Source: Mobula hypostoma
Lineage: Eukaryota
Reading direction: 5' to 3'
Assembly: GCF_963921235.1 (NCBI RefSeq)
Contig: NC_086108.1
Location: 15,500,001-15,564,000, forward strand
Length of the DNA: 64,000 nt
Shown here: positions 35,111 through 48,100 of the stretch, piece by piece
Layout: the number at the start of each line of letters is the position of its first letter
Numbering within the stretch: the first letter of the stretch is position 1
Position numbers and translations under genes: made by a program
The notes under the pieces: model-generated
What the model was told of the DNA's origin: nothing
What the model saw: only the letters and a program-made list of their open reading frames with translations
The model's database searches: none

Positions 35111-36059
35111 CTCACTAGAGATATTGATGCAGATTGTTGCTTTGTTTTAGATTAGCCTGCAGAGATCTGGTCATACTGGAAATTCTGATGTTGTTTGTTG
35201 CACAGCCTGACCTACTTGGGGCAAGTTTGATGAATATTGACCAATTTGATTGAAGATTCCAACCCCTTTTGGTGTGATTAAAAACTGTCGTAACAGTGAG
35301 GGATGTTTTACTAGTCCAGGTTGATCAAGCCTGTGTGAGCAGTTGGGCTGCAGCTCATGGGGCAGTCAACAGTTGTGATTAGGTTGACTGTGGAGACCAC
35401 ACATAATACGCCTTAAATCACAATCCGTTGCTGGCTTAACTTTGAACTTTAAGTTCTCATTCCGTTTCCTGTATCAGACGTCATTGGAGTGAGATGGCAT
35501 GAACTCCACAGCCATTCTGGTTCATTATTTAGCTCCATAGAGAAGCAGTGTTTTTTTTTTGGTTTTCAGTATTTAATATTCTCCATTTTTATGAATGACA
35601 CACACAACATCCTTTGCTCTTGTTAGAGCCTGACTGGCTTATGGTACTGCGTCTTTCAGCTCCCAAAAATTTCTGCTGCTCTTACACAAACATTTTAACT
35701 CATTAGCTTTATACTCACCAACTGTAATGTTAAAATTCTTATCCTGTTGTAAACTTACCATGACATCAATGCATCTTATTCAAAATAGGTGCTGCACTCT
35801 GCTTTGGACTCTATGTGTTCCCTGAGGTGGACAGGGTGACCATGGGGAAAAGCTGTAAACAGATTATCTGGTTGGTGAGTGAATGGCAGCATTTAGAGGG
35901 TGAGGACATTGACAAAAGGACACAGAGTAAAGTATATGGGAGTTGTGAAATCCAGTGCAAGAAGACTTGGCCTGCCAATTGGGACAGTGGCCTCCACTCC
36001 CAGAGGGAAAATATCGAAAAAGGAGAAAAATCAGCAAACAAGCTGAGCCATTTTCACAG

Positions 36060-36450
36060 ATGAATGACAGGCACTGACAGAAATCAAGTTACTTGAGTCT
36101 GTGCGCAGAGGAGACCATATTGTGATCACTGAATGCAGTGCTCTAGACTGCAAGATGCACAAATGACTCACTTGTCTGGGTCTGTGGATGATGGGATGGG
36201 AAGAGGTGAAAGGACAAGTGTTGCATTGCCCGAAGCTACCAGATAATGTGCTGAATGTGCAGAGAATGGGTAGTTGGTGGGCCAGGGATGTGTGAATGGA
36301 ATAGATTCTGTGAAATGCTGAAAGGTTCTCCTTCCCAGTTCTAACCAAGGATCTTCAACTTGAAAGGTTGACTATTTCTCTTTCCACCGATGCAGACTGA
36401 CCTGCTGAGTATTTCCAGCATTTTCTGCTTTTATTTAGATCTCCAGTGCA
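36060..36450. mobile_element. Ancient PLE remnant: GIY-YIG segment (-) joined to an inverted terminus (+)
   Basis: 36100-36230 resembles 15390-15590. 36335-36445 resembles the PLE terminus on +, with a decayed hammerhead. Confidence 0.6.
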
Positions 36451-37039
36451 AGTAGTTCATTATTTTGATTTTCACTTCATTGACGAGGCCACATTTAATA
36501 TATGAGATTAAATGAGGAAAGAGATTAAAACATTGGAAACAACTCAAAAATTACGTTCTGTATCTATTTACTGGAAGGAGCATATTGCTCGTACTGAGTA
36601 TTCTACCTTCTGCAAGAGTTCTCCACTGTGATCCTGATTGCAACATACATTCACAATTCCCTCTATGCTTCACGAGTGCGTGGCCGTGCAGTAACTGAAA
36701 TGCTCCTATGCACATAGCCTTTGTCACTGCACAGCCGGGATTTTCTTTTATGTAATGGTTTATTAAAATACTGCACAGTTTTCAGGCCGTGTAAAAATTT
36801 CCTGCTCAGAGCAATGGTTGGTCCATGCCGCTGTGTTTATATAAAAAAATTAGAGGACATTGTCTGCATCTCACTTCAAACATATATAGGAGCTAAGTAC
36901 TATGATCAACAAGACTGAAGCACTGTATGTCAACTGCTCACATCTTGACAGGAGACTTTAATCAGGCTAGCTTGTTGAAGTCTCTGCCTAAATACAATTA
37001 ACTCATCACTAAAGGACTAATATTCTTAACAACTTCTGT

Positions 37040-39105
37040 GCTTCTTCTGCCTGCACATAGACAGAGACTGAAGAGTGTGGCACTGATGAAGAGGACTCCA
37101 AAGGGCTGGATGGCAGAAGCAGGGGAATGAATTCAAGATTGCTTTGAGTTGATGGACTGAAACATATTCAAGGATTCATTAGCAGACATAAATGAATATG
37201 CCACAGTAATCACCAATTTCATGATGACATATGTGGATGAGTGTTTACCCGCAAAAACATTTGGTGTCTTCCCCCACCAGAAGCCCCAAATGAAACAGGA
37301 GATTTGTAACTTGCTGAGGGTTGAATCTGCGACATTCAGCACTAGCGACACAGTTCTATAAGTCCATCTATGACCTCTGAAAGGCCATTGTGAGTGCAAT
37401 GAGGCAATTTCAGACTAAACTTGAGTCACCGGTGTGGCAGGGCTTGCACAGTACAACTTCCTGCAAGGAAAGGTCAGGTAGCATAAGTAGCAATGTCCCA
37501 TCACTTGCAGGTGAAATCAGTGATTTTCATGCATGTTTTGGTAGGGAGACACATACACCCAAGGCCCCACATCTCCAGATAATCCTGCAGCTTCAGTCTG
37601 AGGCCAGTGTCCAGGAATCCTTCAAGAGGCTGAATCATTGAAAGGTATCAGGTTCAGCCAGCGTACCTGGCCAAGTGCTAAAGATCTATGTGGACCAACT
37701 GGCTGGGGTATTTACAGTTGTATTCAACCTCTCACTTATGCAATCGGAGGTTCCCACCTGTTTCGAAAAGGCATGTTTAGTACAGGTGTACAAGAAGCAG
37801 TCGATGACCTGCCTCAATAACTGCTCCTGGTGGCACTTACATCAACTATAATGAATTGCTTTGCAAGGTTGGTTATGGTGCGAATCAACTCCTACCTTAG
37901 ATGGGAAGGGAACAAATTGCCAACCGCCACAACAGTTCAATAGCAGTTGTGATTTCTCTGACTTTCTTCTTTGTTGTGGACCATCTGGACTACGGGAACT
38001 CGCACATCAGGCTGCTGTTCATTAACTACAGCTCAGCATTCAACACAATCATCCCATCCAAACTCATCAACGAAGTTCAAGACCTGGACCTCTGCACCTT
38101 CCTCTGCAACTAGACTCTTGATTTCCTCATTGGCAGAGCGGAATAAGTGCGGATTGGTAACATCTATTCCTCATTGGCCATCGGCATAAGTGCATCTTAT
38201 AGTTGTGTGTTTAGACCCAGCTCTATTTTCTATACACATATGACTGTGTGGCTAGGTACAGCTCCACTGGCATCTTCAAATTCACTAATAATGCCACTGT
38301 TGTTGGAGGAATCACAAGTGTTGAGTCAGCTTTCCAGAGCAAGATAGGTCATCTTGCAAAAACTACCTCTTGCTCAACATCATCAAGGCTAAGGAGCTGA
38401 TGTAATCTTCAGGAAAGAGAAGGAGGGCTAACATGCACCAAACTACATTGGGAGAATGGTGGTGGACAGAGTTAGCAGCTTTAAATTCCTGAGTGTTGAC
38501 ATATCAGATGATCTGGCCTGAGCCCAGCGTATGGATGCAATTATAAGGAAAGTTCACCAGTGTCTGTCTCAGGTCGTTAAGGAGGTTTGGCTTGTCACTC
38601 AACACTAACGAATTTCTACAGATGTACTGGTGAAAGTATCCAGACTGGTTGCATCATGGTCTGGTACAGGGATGTGCAGGAATGTAAGAAGCTACAAATA
38701 GTAGTGAATGCTGTTCAATACATCATGGGCATGTCCCCCTCCACCATTGAAGTGCTGCCTCAAGAGGGCAATATCTATCATCAAGATCTCGATTACCCAG
38801 GCTATGCCATCTTCTTGTAGCTACCAATGGGTAGGAGGTACAGAAGCCTGAAGTCGCCAACCATTATGTTCAAGCATAGCTACTTCCTTTCAGCTATTTA
38901 GTTTTAAACCACTCAGCAAAACTACAGTTTGACAATACTGTAAAAACTGCATTAAAATGGACTTGGTGTTTTCTTGTAAAAATTGTGTGTAATTCATGTT
39001 AATTTTTGCTTGTCTGACATTATGTGCCTGTGATACTGTTGGAAGTAAATTGTTCATTGCACCTGTGCATGTACTTCTGCATTTGACAATAAACTCGACT
39101 TTGAC
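37040..39105 (+). mobile_element. Rex1/Babar LINE, degraded
   Basis: HIRLLFINYSSAFNTIIPSKL (ORF 37901-38113) and FYRCTGESIQTGCIMVWY (ORF 38587-38820). 3' end gacaataaactcgactttgac. Confidence 0.85.
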
Positions 39106-39360
39106 GTAGTTTTCTGAAGAGGTTGAACAGGAAATTGATGTAGTTAATGTTTAAAAGAGGAGCGAGAAGTCTTGATTAAATCAAATTATGAGATGCCTTG
39201 AAAGCATGGATGAACATTTAGGTACTTTAGTAAGTTTGTAGATGATGCAACAATTGGTAGTGTTGTAGAATGCACCAAAAACATCCATGCAAAGATCATT
39301 TTTGCATGTGGGTGGAGAACTGGCAGATGGCATTCAATCCTGCCAAATGTGAGATGTGTG

Positions 39361-39367
39361 TACACGC

Positions 39368-39415
<48 letters not shown>

Positions 39416-39570
39416 AGCGCGCTCCCTCCCCCTCTCTAGCACGTGCTCTCCCTTACCCTCCCCCGGGCGCGTGTGCTCTCCCTCTCTCTCTCTCCCCTTG
39501 TGCGCGCTCTCTCTTGTGTGTGCTTTCTCTCGCGCTCTCTCTTACACACACACTCACACACACACACACC
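39361..39570. repeat. Compound (CA)n / (CT)n / GC-rich microsatellite
   Basis: Long CA run at ~39375-39411 followed by CT- and CA-rich degenerate repeats. Confidence 0.9.
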
Positions 39571-39679
39571 AACTTTCTGTTCCTCTACCAAGTAACAGTG
39601 CAACTTGTAAAATTGCTCTATATTCCCGCACCTACAGTCTCTCGTGTCTCCAATTGTCATATTTATCTGATTACATATG

Positions 39680-40180
39680 ACGCCTGTTGAAGTTGTATAA
39701 TATGTTGGTGAGGCCTAATTTGGAGTATTGTGTCCAGTTTTGGTGACCCACCTACAGGAAAGATGTAAACAAGGTTGAAAGAGTACAGAGAAAATTTACA
39801 AGGATGTTGCTGTGTCTGGAGGACCTGAGTTATAAGGAAAGATTGCAAAAGGTTAGGACTGTATTCCTTAGAATGCAGAAGATTGAGAGGAGATTTGATG
39901 GAGGTATACAAAATTATGAAAAGTATAGACAGGAGCAGGGTCTAGAAATGCAAGTAGATTTTTTCCACTGAGGCTGGGTAGGACTATAGCCAGAGGTCAT
40001 GGGTTAAGGGTGAAAGATGAAAAGTTTAAAGTAAAAGTTGGATAGGTATATGGACAGGAAAGGAATGAAGGGTTGTGGGCTGAGTGCAGGTCAGTGGGAC
40101 TAGGTGAGAGTAGCGTTTGGCAAGGACTAGAAGGGCCAAGATGGCCTGTTTCCATGCTGTAATTGTTATATGGTTATATA
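39680..40180 (+). mobile_element. CR1 3' fragments
   Basis: LVRPNLEYCVQFW...RVQRKFTRML remnants and a CR1 tail. Confidence 0.8.
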
Positions 40181-40184
40181 AGTA

Positions 40185-40751
40185 AGTCAGTATCATCATA
40201 ACATTTTAAGTAACGTTTGGATATTAAACACACAGCACATATTTTCCCCGTATTAACATATGAAATCATTGCAACACACCAATATCGCTGAATCAGTGGG
40301 AGCCCTGGGCTTGTTTTCCTGCAACAAGACGGTCCTATCGAGGGGTGATGGGAGACAGCGATACTCGAAGGGGGTTCCTTATGTCCAGTCTATTCCACAA
40401 TTTAGTTTTCGTTGCATTCATTGCAGAAAATTCCGCTTCGCTGAAAAATGTTGGATATGGAAGCAACGTTTTCAGTGCTTTCGTGGCTATCTCAGGATAT
40501 TTAGCCTTGACTTTGATCCAGAATACTGGCAGAGATGTTACGTCAAACATACTTTTCTGCCCGCCGTCATTTGCAAGCTCGAGGAGTTGATCTCCTTCCC
40601 GTGCTGACGTGGATGACACGCGGGTAATGACCTCTCGTGTAATGGCTCAACAGTGGGCGTGACAGGGAATGAGGAAAGGTGCAGTTGACTCATATCGTTT
40701 CCTCGCGGCCCGTTAGCACATGAATTGTGACCCGGTGGTTGGGGACCGCTG
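40185..40751 (-). mobile_element. hAT-Charlie non-autonomous fragment
   Basis: ORF 40335-40619 encodes a hAT C-terminal dimerisation segment (FWIKVKAKYPEIATKALKTLLP...EAEFSAMNATKTKLWNRL). Terminus GGTTGGGGACCGCTG at 40737-40751. Confidence 0.85.
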
Positions 40752-41419
40752 TTGTAAGGCACAACTTCCCTAGCATAAAGACACACTGATTCTCCACCCT
40801 GTAGACTCCTGGCCTGCTTGTGCTACCCTTTTTAAACAATGGCACCACATTAACCACTCTCCAGTCATCCAGAACCTTTCCTGTAGTCAGAGATGATGTA
40901 AAAATATCTGCAAGGACATTCACAATTTCTTCTCTAGCTTCCCATGAGGTCTGAGAATGCACCAAATCAGGCCCTGGGATATGTCCAACTTAATGCATCT
41001 TTCGGCTGATTTATGTGTGGTCCAAGGTGACACCATTCACTTCCCCCTTCTAAATTTTCTAAGCTTTGTCTGCAGTAAAAACTGAAAAATCATCATTAAA
41101 ATCTCTCCCAAGGGGACTAATTTTTCCCCTAGCCGCCGTTTTATTTTAATATACCTATTGAGGAGATTCAGAAAGGGACAGATCCAAAAACAGCAATGAC
41201 AATATTGAAATGGGTACTTTGCTAGGAACCAGTGATGAGTGAATGAGGCTTTGTGTAAGTTGTGATGCAGAGTGCAGAGATTTAAATGATCAGGTTCATA
41301 AGATGTTGAAGGGAACATAACTTGGAGTGTGTGAGGTTAACGGTGCTGGAGATAATAAAGGTGTGGGCAATTCTTTCAAAGTAGATGACCTGAGGCAATG
41401 CTGCAGAGGTAGAAATAAT

Positions 41420-41590
41420 AAACGAGAAAATTGACAGTTGCTGGAAATCTAAACAAAACAAACAAAAACAAATAAACACACACACACACACCCACCCACA
41501 CACCTGGAGGACCTCAGCAGGCCAGGCAGCATCTATGGAAAAAAGTACAGTCAACATTTCGGCCGAGACCCTTTGGCAGGACTGGAAATA
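41420..41590 (-). mobile_element. Penelope-like 3' terminus fragment
   Basis: cagcaggccaggcagcatctatgg...cagtcaacatttcggccgagaccctttggcaggact matches the other PLE termini. Confidence 0.8.
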
Positions 41591-42766
41591 GGATTGAATG
41601 GTATGAGGTCTGCAATATAATTTTAGATCTGATGAAATGCCAGTATTATGAACAGGTTGATTCGGTTTATCAGAAAGAAGAAGAGAGTCGGTGGTGAGGG
41701 AATTTGTGATCATGTTTCTGGGCTTCCCTATATTTAATTGGAGCAAATTTATGGCTAGCCAACACTGGGCCAACTCATTTGGGGCCAATTACACCAAATT
41801 GCATTTGATAAGGTTCCCCATGCAAGGCTTATCAAGAAAGTAAGGAGGCATGGGATCCAAAGGGACATTGCTTCGTGGATCTAGAACTGGCTTGCCCACA
41901 GAAGGCAAAGAGTGGTTGTAGACAGGTCATATTCTGCATGGAGGTTGGTGATCAGTGGTCTGCCTCAGGGATCTGTTCTGGGACCCCTTCTCTTCGTGAT
42001 TTTTATAAATGACCTGGATGAGGAGGTGGTGGGATGGCTTAGTAAATTTACTGATGACACAAAGTTGGGGGTTTGTGGATAGTGTGGAGGGCTGGGCTGA
42101 GAAGAGGCAGATGGAGTTCAACCCAGATAAGTGTGAGGTGGTTCATTTTGGTAGGTCAATTTTGATGGCAGAATATAGTTTTAATGGTAAGACTCTTGGC
42201 AGTGTGGAGGATCAGAGGGATCTTGGGGTCCGAGTCCGTAGGACACTCAAAGCTGCTATGCAGGTTGACTGATTAAGAAGGCATACAGTGCATTGGCCTT
42301 CATCAACCGTGGAATTGAGTTCAGGAGCCAAGGGGTAATGTTGTAGCTATATAAGACCCTGGTAAGACCCACTTGGAGTACTGTGCTCAGTTCTGGTCGC
42401 CTCACTACAGGAAGGATATGGAAACCATAGAAATCATAAAAAGAGTGCAGAGGAGATTTACAAGAATGTTGCCTGGATTGGGGAGCATGCCTTGTGAGAG
42501 AAGTTGAGTGAACTGGGCCTTTTCTCCTTGGAGCGACGGAGGATGAGAGGTGACCTGATAGAGGTGTACAAGATAGTGAGAGGCATTGATCGTGTGGATA
42601 GTCAGATGCTTTTCCCCAGGGCTGAAATGGCTAACATGAAAGGACACAGTTTTAAGGTGCTTGGAAGTAGGTACAGAGGAGGTGTCAGGGTAAGTTTTTA
42701 ATGCAGAGAGTGGTGAGTGCGTGGAATGGGCTGCCAGTGACGATGGTGGAGGCGTATACGATAGGG

Positions 42767-44907
42767 TAGGGATCGCCAACCCGTTGATTGCGATCGACTG
42801 GTCGATCTTTGAGACTTTGCCCAGTAGATCCCGAAAAAAATCAAAAATAAATACAGAAGTACTGTTGTAATATGAGCACCGTGTTTTCAGCGTAGCTTGT
42901 GCTGCATCAAAGTGACCAATCAGATTAGATAAGAGTACAGACGGTCGCAAACATCAATGTACGACAGTTGTCCCCAGCCTCCGGGCCACGAAGCATGCAG
43001 CGGTGCAGCGGTAGTCGGTACGCACCCAGCACATCTTTAAGAAAAAAAGCCGAAATAATCAAGCTAATTAATTAGGTGACACCCAGCACATAAGTGTCGG
43101 CCCAGATCAGAGGCGACGCAATCGGCAATCGCTTGTGATATCCTGATAGCATGGTGGAGGCTCCACGAAAGAAGGCGAAAATGTACAAATTCCATCCAGA
43201 ATGGGAAGAGGAATTTCTATTTACCTTGGTGAAAGACAAGTGTGTATGTATGTTGTGCCACCAAACACAAGAACTGACTAAAAGAGGGTATCTGGAGCGG
43301 CACCGCAATACCAACCACCAGAAATTTAAAGACACCTACCCCCCAAAGAGTGCAATTTGTGCCAGGAAAGTTGAGGAGCTGAAATCGGGGTTGAAGGCCC
43401 AGCAATCGTTTTTCACAAAACATGCTGCTCAAAATAAGGCTGCTGTTGAAGCATCATTTCCTGTAAATCACCTTTTGACTAAACACAAGAAGCCTTTTAC
43501 AGATGGCGATTTATTCAAGGAAGCAATGGCCATTACCGCAGAGACTGTTTTTAATGACTTTAAAAACAAAAACGGCATCACAACCGCAATACATAATATA
43601 CCACTTGGCTCTGCAACAGTGATAAGGAGGGTAGAGTCATTGTCAGAGGACGTGGATCAACAAGTGTTAAAGGACTTGTCACTCTGTGAATATTTTTCAC
43701 TACAGTTCGATGAATGCCTGGATGTAATGCAAACAGCTCAGCATGTTTTATTTGTCAGAATGGCTTTCCAGGATTTTACAACAAAGGAGGACTTCCTCAC
43801 TCTTTTGCAATTAAAGGAGAGAACGAGAGGTGAGGATATCTACAATGAGTTTTAAAAATATGTCCGTGAAAATGACATCCCCATTCATAAACTGGTGGTA
43901 ATTACTACTGATGGGGCCCCAGCAATGCACGATATGCGCGTTAGTTTTATAGCACTAAAAGTCAGGGTCAACTTATCAATGTGAACTTGCATTTTCACAG
44001 ATGAAAATTATTAAATCTAAGTACAGGAGCTGACTTACTGACAGACACATCACTGGGGTTGCCAACTTTCTCACTCCCAAATAAGGGACAAAAGTAGCAG
44101 TCAAATCCCGGGACATTTGTGTTTACCCCGAGAAAGACTACCATGACCATGAAGCCTTGCGCGGGCACCTGTGTGCGCATGTGCTTACGTGCCGATATTT
44201 TTACCCCACGAATCGGTTTTGGCTTAATCTTCATTATTTCTACTTTATATAGGCTGTCTATTTATCATATCATTGCTGCTTTTACTATATGTTAGTGTTA
44301 TTTAAGGTTTTATGTGTTATTTGGCATGATTTGGTCGGTTTTTTTTGGGTCTGGGAACGCTCAAAAATTTTTTCCATATAAGTTAATGGTAATTGCTTCT
44401 TCGGCGTAAAGCATTTCCGCATGAAAGGTTTCATAGGAACACACTACCTTAGCGGGGGAAATACGGGACAGTTGGCAACCCCACACCTCACAGACAGTCT
44501 CAGACTGGCTGTCTGTAGTCATGAGCCAAATTTCAGGGAACTAGCAGAAAGTAGTTAGTCCCAGTCATCACACTGAGTGCAACAGTCAATTTTTATTCAT
44601 TTATTTTTCGTGTTGAAATAAAATTAAATAATGAAACTTAGAATTAAAGGTGTGAAGTATTGTAATATTCTTAAAGAAAGACAGCTATGGCCTGTTTGAG
44701 ATGCTAGTTACAGTGTTTTCTTGTTTGAATTAATTTGAAAGTTTGACAAAAGTATTTTGTGTAATTCAAATATAATTAAAAATAAAAGGCCTCAAATTGG
44801 AAGTACAATCTGAGCTGTTTTTTCTCTAAACGATTTAGTAGGTAGATCTTGCCTTTCACTAAGGTTGAAGTAGGGGATCTTGGGCTTAAAAAGGTTGGTG
44901 ACCACTA
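42767..44907 (+). mobile_element. hAT (Charlie/GTF2IRD2-like) DNA transposon, internally deleted transposase pseudogene
   Basis: TIRs TAGGGATCGCCAACC / GGTTGGTGACCACTA. 8-bp TSD CGATAGGG (42759-42766) / CGACAGGG (44908-44915). ORF 43151-43855 has a BED-like finger (FHPEWEEEF..CVCMLC..ERH) and FSLQFDE, then ITTDGAPAM after a stop and C-terminal STYQCELAFSQMKIIKSKYR. Confidence 0.93.
44054..44483. mobile_element. 430-bp hAT MITE (Blackjack-like termini) nested in the hAT transposase gene
   Basis: Perfect 14-bp TIR TGGGGTTGCCAACT / AGTTGGCAACCCCA. 8-bp TSD CACATCAC (44046-44053) / CACCTCAC (44484-44491). Confidence 0.92.
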
Positions 44908-45144
44908 CGACAGGGTTGTTTCACAGACTCTTGGATAGGTACATGGAGCTTAGAAAAACAGAGGGCTGTGGGTAGCCCTAGGTAATTTCTAACGTAAGGA
45001 AATGTTCGGCACAGCATTGTGGACTGAAGGGCCTGTTGTGCAGTAGGTTTGCTATGTTTCTAAATTAAATGCCGCATACAACAAACCACAATAGAAAAAG
45101 GCTTGGGCCAATAACTGTATGTCTTGACTAAATGTGATTACAGT

Positions 45145-48100
45145 CAAAGAGTTATCAAAAAGTACAACACAGAAATAGGCACTTCGACCTATCTAGTCCG
45201 TGCTGAACAATTTACACTGCTTCTTCCCATCAATCTACACCTGGACCATAGCCCCACATATCCCTACCATTGATGTACCTATCCAAACTTCTCTTAAGCA
45301 TAGAAATTGAGCTCACAGGCACCACTTGTGCTGGCAGCTCGTTCCACATTTTCATGACCCTCTGAGTGAAGAAATTTTCCCTCATGTTCCCCTTAAACAT
45401 TTCACCTTTCAACCTTAACCATAATCTCTAATTGTAGTCCCATCCAACCTCAGTGGAAAAAGCTTACTTGCATTTACCCTATCTATACCTATAATTTTGT
45501 ATATATATATATAATTTTGTATACCTCTATCAAATCACCAATACTTCAAATTAGGCCTCACCAGCTTATTATACAACTTCAACATAACATCCCATCTCCT
45601 GTACACAATACTTTGATTTCTGAAGGCCAGTATGCCTAAAGCTTTCTTTACGACCATATCTATCTGTGACTTCACTTTCAATTAATTATGATTGTGTATT
45701 CCCAGATCCCTTTGTTCTCTACCACATTCCTTAATGCCCTCCTGTTCACTGTGTAAGACCTACCTTGGATGACCCTACTGAAGTGCAACACCTTGCCTGC
45801 ATTAAATTCCATCAGCCCATTTTTCCAGCTGGTCCAGATCGTGTTGCAAGTTCTGATAGTCTTCTTCGCTGTCCAATATACTCCCAATCTTGGTGTCATC
45901 CACTAATTTGCTGATCTGGTTAACTACATTATTGTCCAGATAATTGATATAGATGATAAGCAACAATGGACCTAGCACTGATCCCTGTGGCACTCCACTA
46001 TTCACAGGTCTCTAGTCAGAGAGGTAACCATCTTCTACCACTCTCTGGCTTCTCCCACAAAGCCAATGTCTAATCCTGTTTATTACCTCATCTTGAATGC
46101 TGAGTGATTGAACCTTCTTGATCAATCTCCTATACAAGACCTTGTCAAATGCCTTGCTAAAGTCCATGTAGACAACATCCACTGCCTTGTTTTCATCCAC
46201 TTTCCTAGTAACTTCCTTCAAAAACTCTATAAGATCAGTTAGATATGACATACCACCCAGAGAGCCATGCTGACTATACCTAATCAGTCCATATCTATCC
46301 AAATACTCATATATCTGGTCCCTTAGAATACCTTCCAACAACATCCCCACTATTGACGTCAAGCTTACTGGCCTATAATTTCCTGGTTTATTTTTACTGC
46401 CTTTCTTAAACAGTGGAACAACATTAGCCATCCTCCAATCCTCTGGTACCCCAAATGTCACTAAGAATGATTTAAATATCTCTGCTTGGGCCCCTGCAGT
46501 TTCTGCACTTGTCTCCCACATGTTCCAAGGGAACAGCTTGACAGGCCCTGGGGATTTATCCACCCGAATTTGCCTGAACATTAAATACCTCCTCCTCTAA
46601 AGTCCATATCGTATCCATGACCTCGCTGCTGCTTTGCCTCACTTCTATAGACTCTGTGTCTGTCTCTTATGTAAATGTAGATGAAAAAATCTGTTTAAAT
46701 CACCACCATCTCTTTCTGTTACACATACAGATTACCGTTCATATTTTCCGAGGACCAATTTTGTCCCTTGCAATCCTTTTGCTCTTAAAATTTCAGTAGA
46801 GTCCCTTAGGATTCTCCTTCACCTTGTCTGCCAAGGCAACCTAATGCTTTCTTTTAGCCTTCCTGATTTCTTTCTTAAGTATTCTTTTGCATTTCTTATA
46901 CTCCATAAGTATCTCATTTGTTCCTACCTGCCTATACCTGCTATGCATCTCCTTTTTTTCTTAATCAAGGCTTCAATATCTCTTGAAAAGCAAGGTTCCC
47001 TAAACCTGTTATCTTTACCTTTCATTATGGCAGGTACATACAAGCTTTGTACTCTCAAAATTTCACCTTTGAAGGCCTTCCACTTACCATCTACACCTTT
47101 GCCAGAAAGCAGCCTGTCCCACTCAACAGTTGCTGGATCCTTTTTGATACCATCAAAATTGGCCTTTCTCCAATTTAGAATCTTAACCCATGGACCGTAT
47201 CTATTTTTCCCATAATTACAAACATTTGTACTTTGAAACTAATGACATTGTTGTCACTGAATGCAAAGTGCTCCCATACAGAAACTTTTGTCTCATTGCC
47301 TAATAGCAGATTAAGTATTGTACATTCTGTCAATGGGACTTCGATGTACTGATTAAGAAAACTCTCCTGAGCACATTTGACAAGCTCTATCTTATCTAGT
47401 CATTTTTTAATATGGGAGGCACATCAATATGTGGAAAGTTAAAATTACCTACCATAACAACCTTATGCTTCTTGCAATAGTCTGCGACCGCTCAGCAAAT
47501 TTGTTCCTCTTAAGTCCTGTAGACTGTTGGGTGACCTATAATATAACCCCATTAACATGGTCATACCCTTTTTATTCCTAAATTCCATCCATAAAGCCTC
47601 ACTAGACGAGTTCTCCGGTCTGTCCTGACTGAGCACCCCTCCTCCTCTAATTCCTCCCTGTCTGTTGCATCTAAAACACCAGAACCCCGGAATATTGAGC
47701 TGCTGGTCCTGCCCCTCCTGCAACCAAGTCTCACCGATGGCGATAATCTCATAATTCCATGTGTTGTGCTCATCTGCCTTTCCAACAATACTTCTTGCAT
47801 TGAAATATATGCAGCTCAGAACATTAGTTGCACCATGCTCAACCTTTTGATTGCTGACTTTGTCTGAGGTCTTAAGATCTGTCTCCACAACCTCTTCACT
47901 ATCTGTTCTGGCACTCTGGTTCCCATCCCCCTGCAACTCTAGTTTAAACCTCACCAAGCAGCATTCGCAATCCTTCCCGCCTGGATATTAGTCCCCCTCC
48001 AGTTCAGGTGCAAACCATCTCTTTTGTACAGGTCTCACCTTCCCTGGAAGAGAGCCCAATGATCCAGAAGTCTTATTCTCTTCTTCCTACATCAACTCCT

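Larger units (their letters stand above)
41801..45062 (+). mobile_element. CR1 LINE fragment split by a hAT transposon
   Basis: RT remnants at 41801-42766. The 3' end resumes at 44908 and finishes gctatgtttcta. Confidence 0.9.

Noticed and set aside
39186..39690. ORFs with CV/HT/RE dipeptide runs
   Set aside because: Translations of microsatellite sequence.
43151..43855. Domesticated GTF2IRD2/ZBED-like host gene
   Set aside because: Bounded by TIRs and a TSD, has a premature stop, a large internal deletion and a MITE insertion, so it is a dead transposon.
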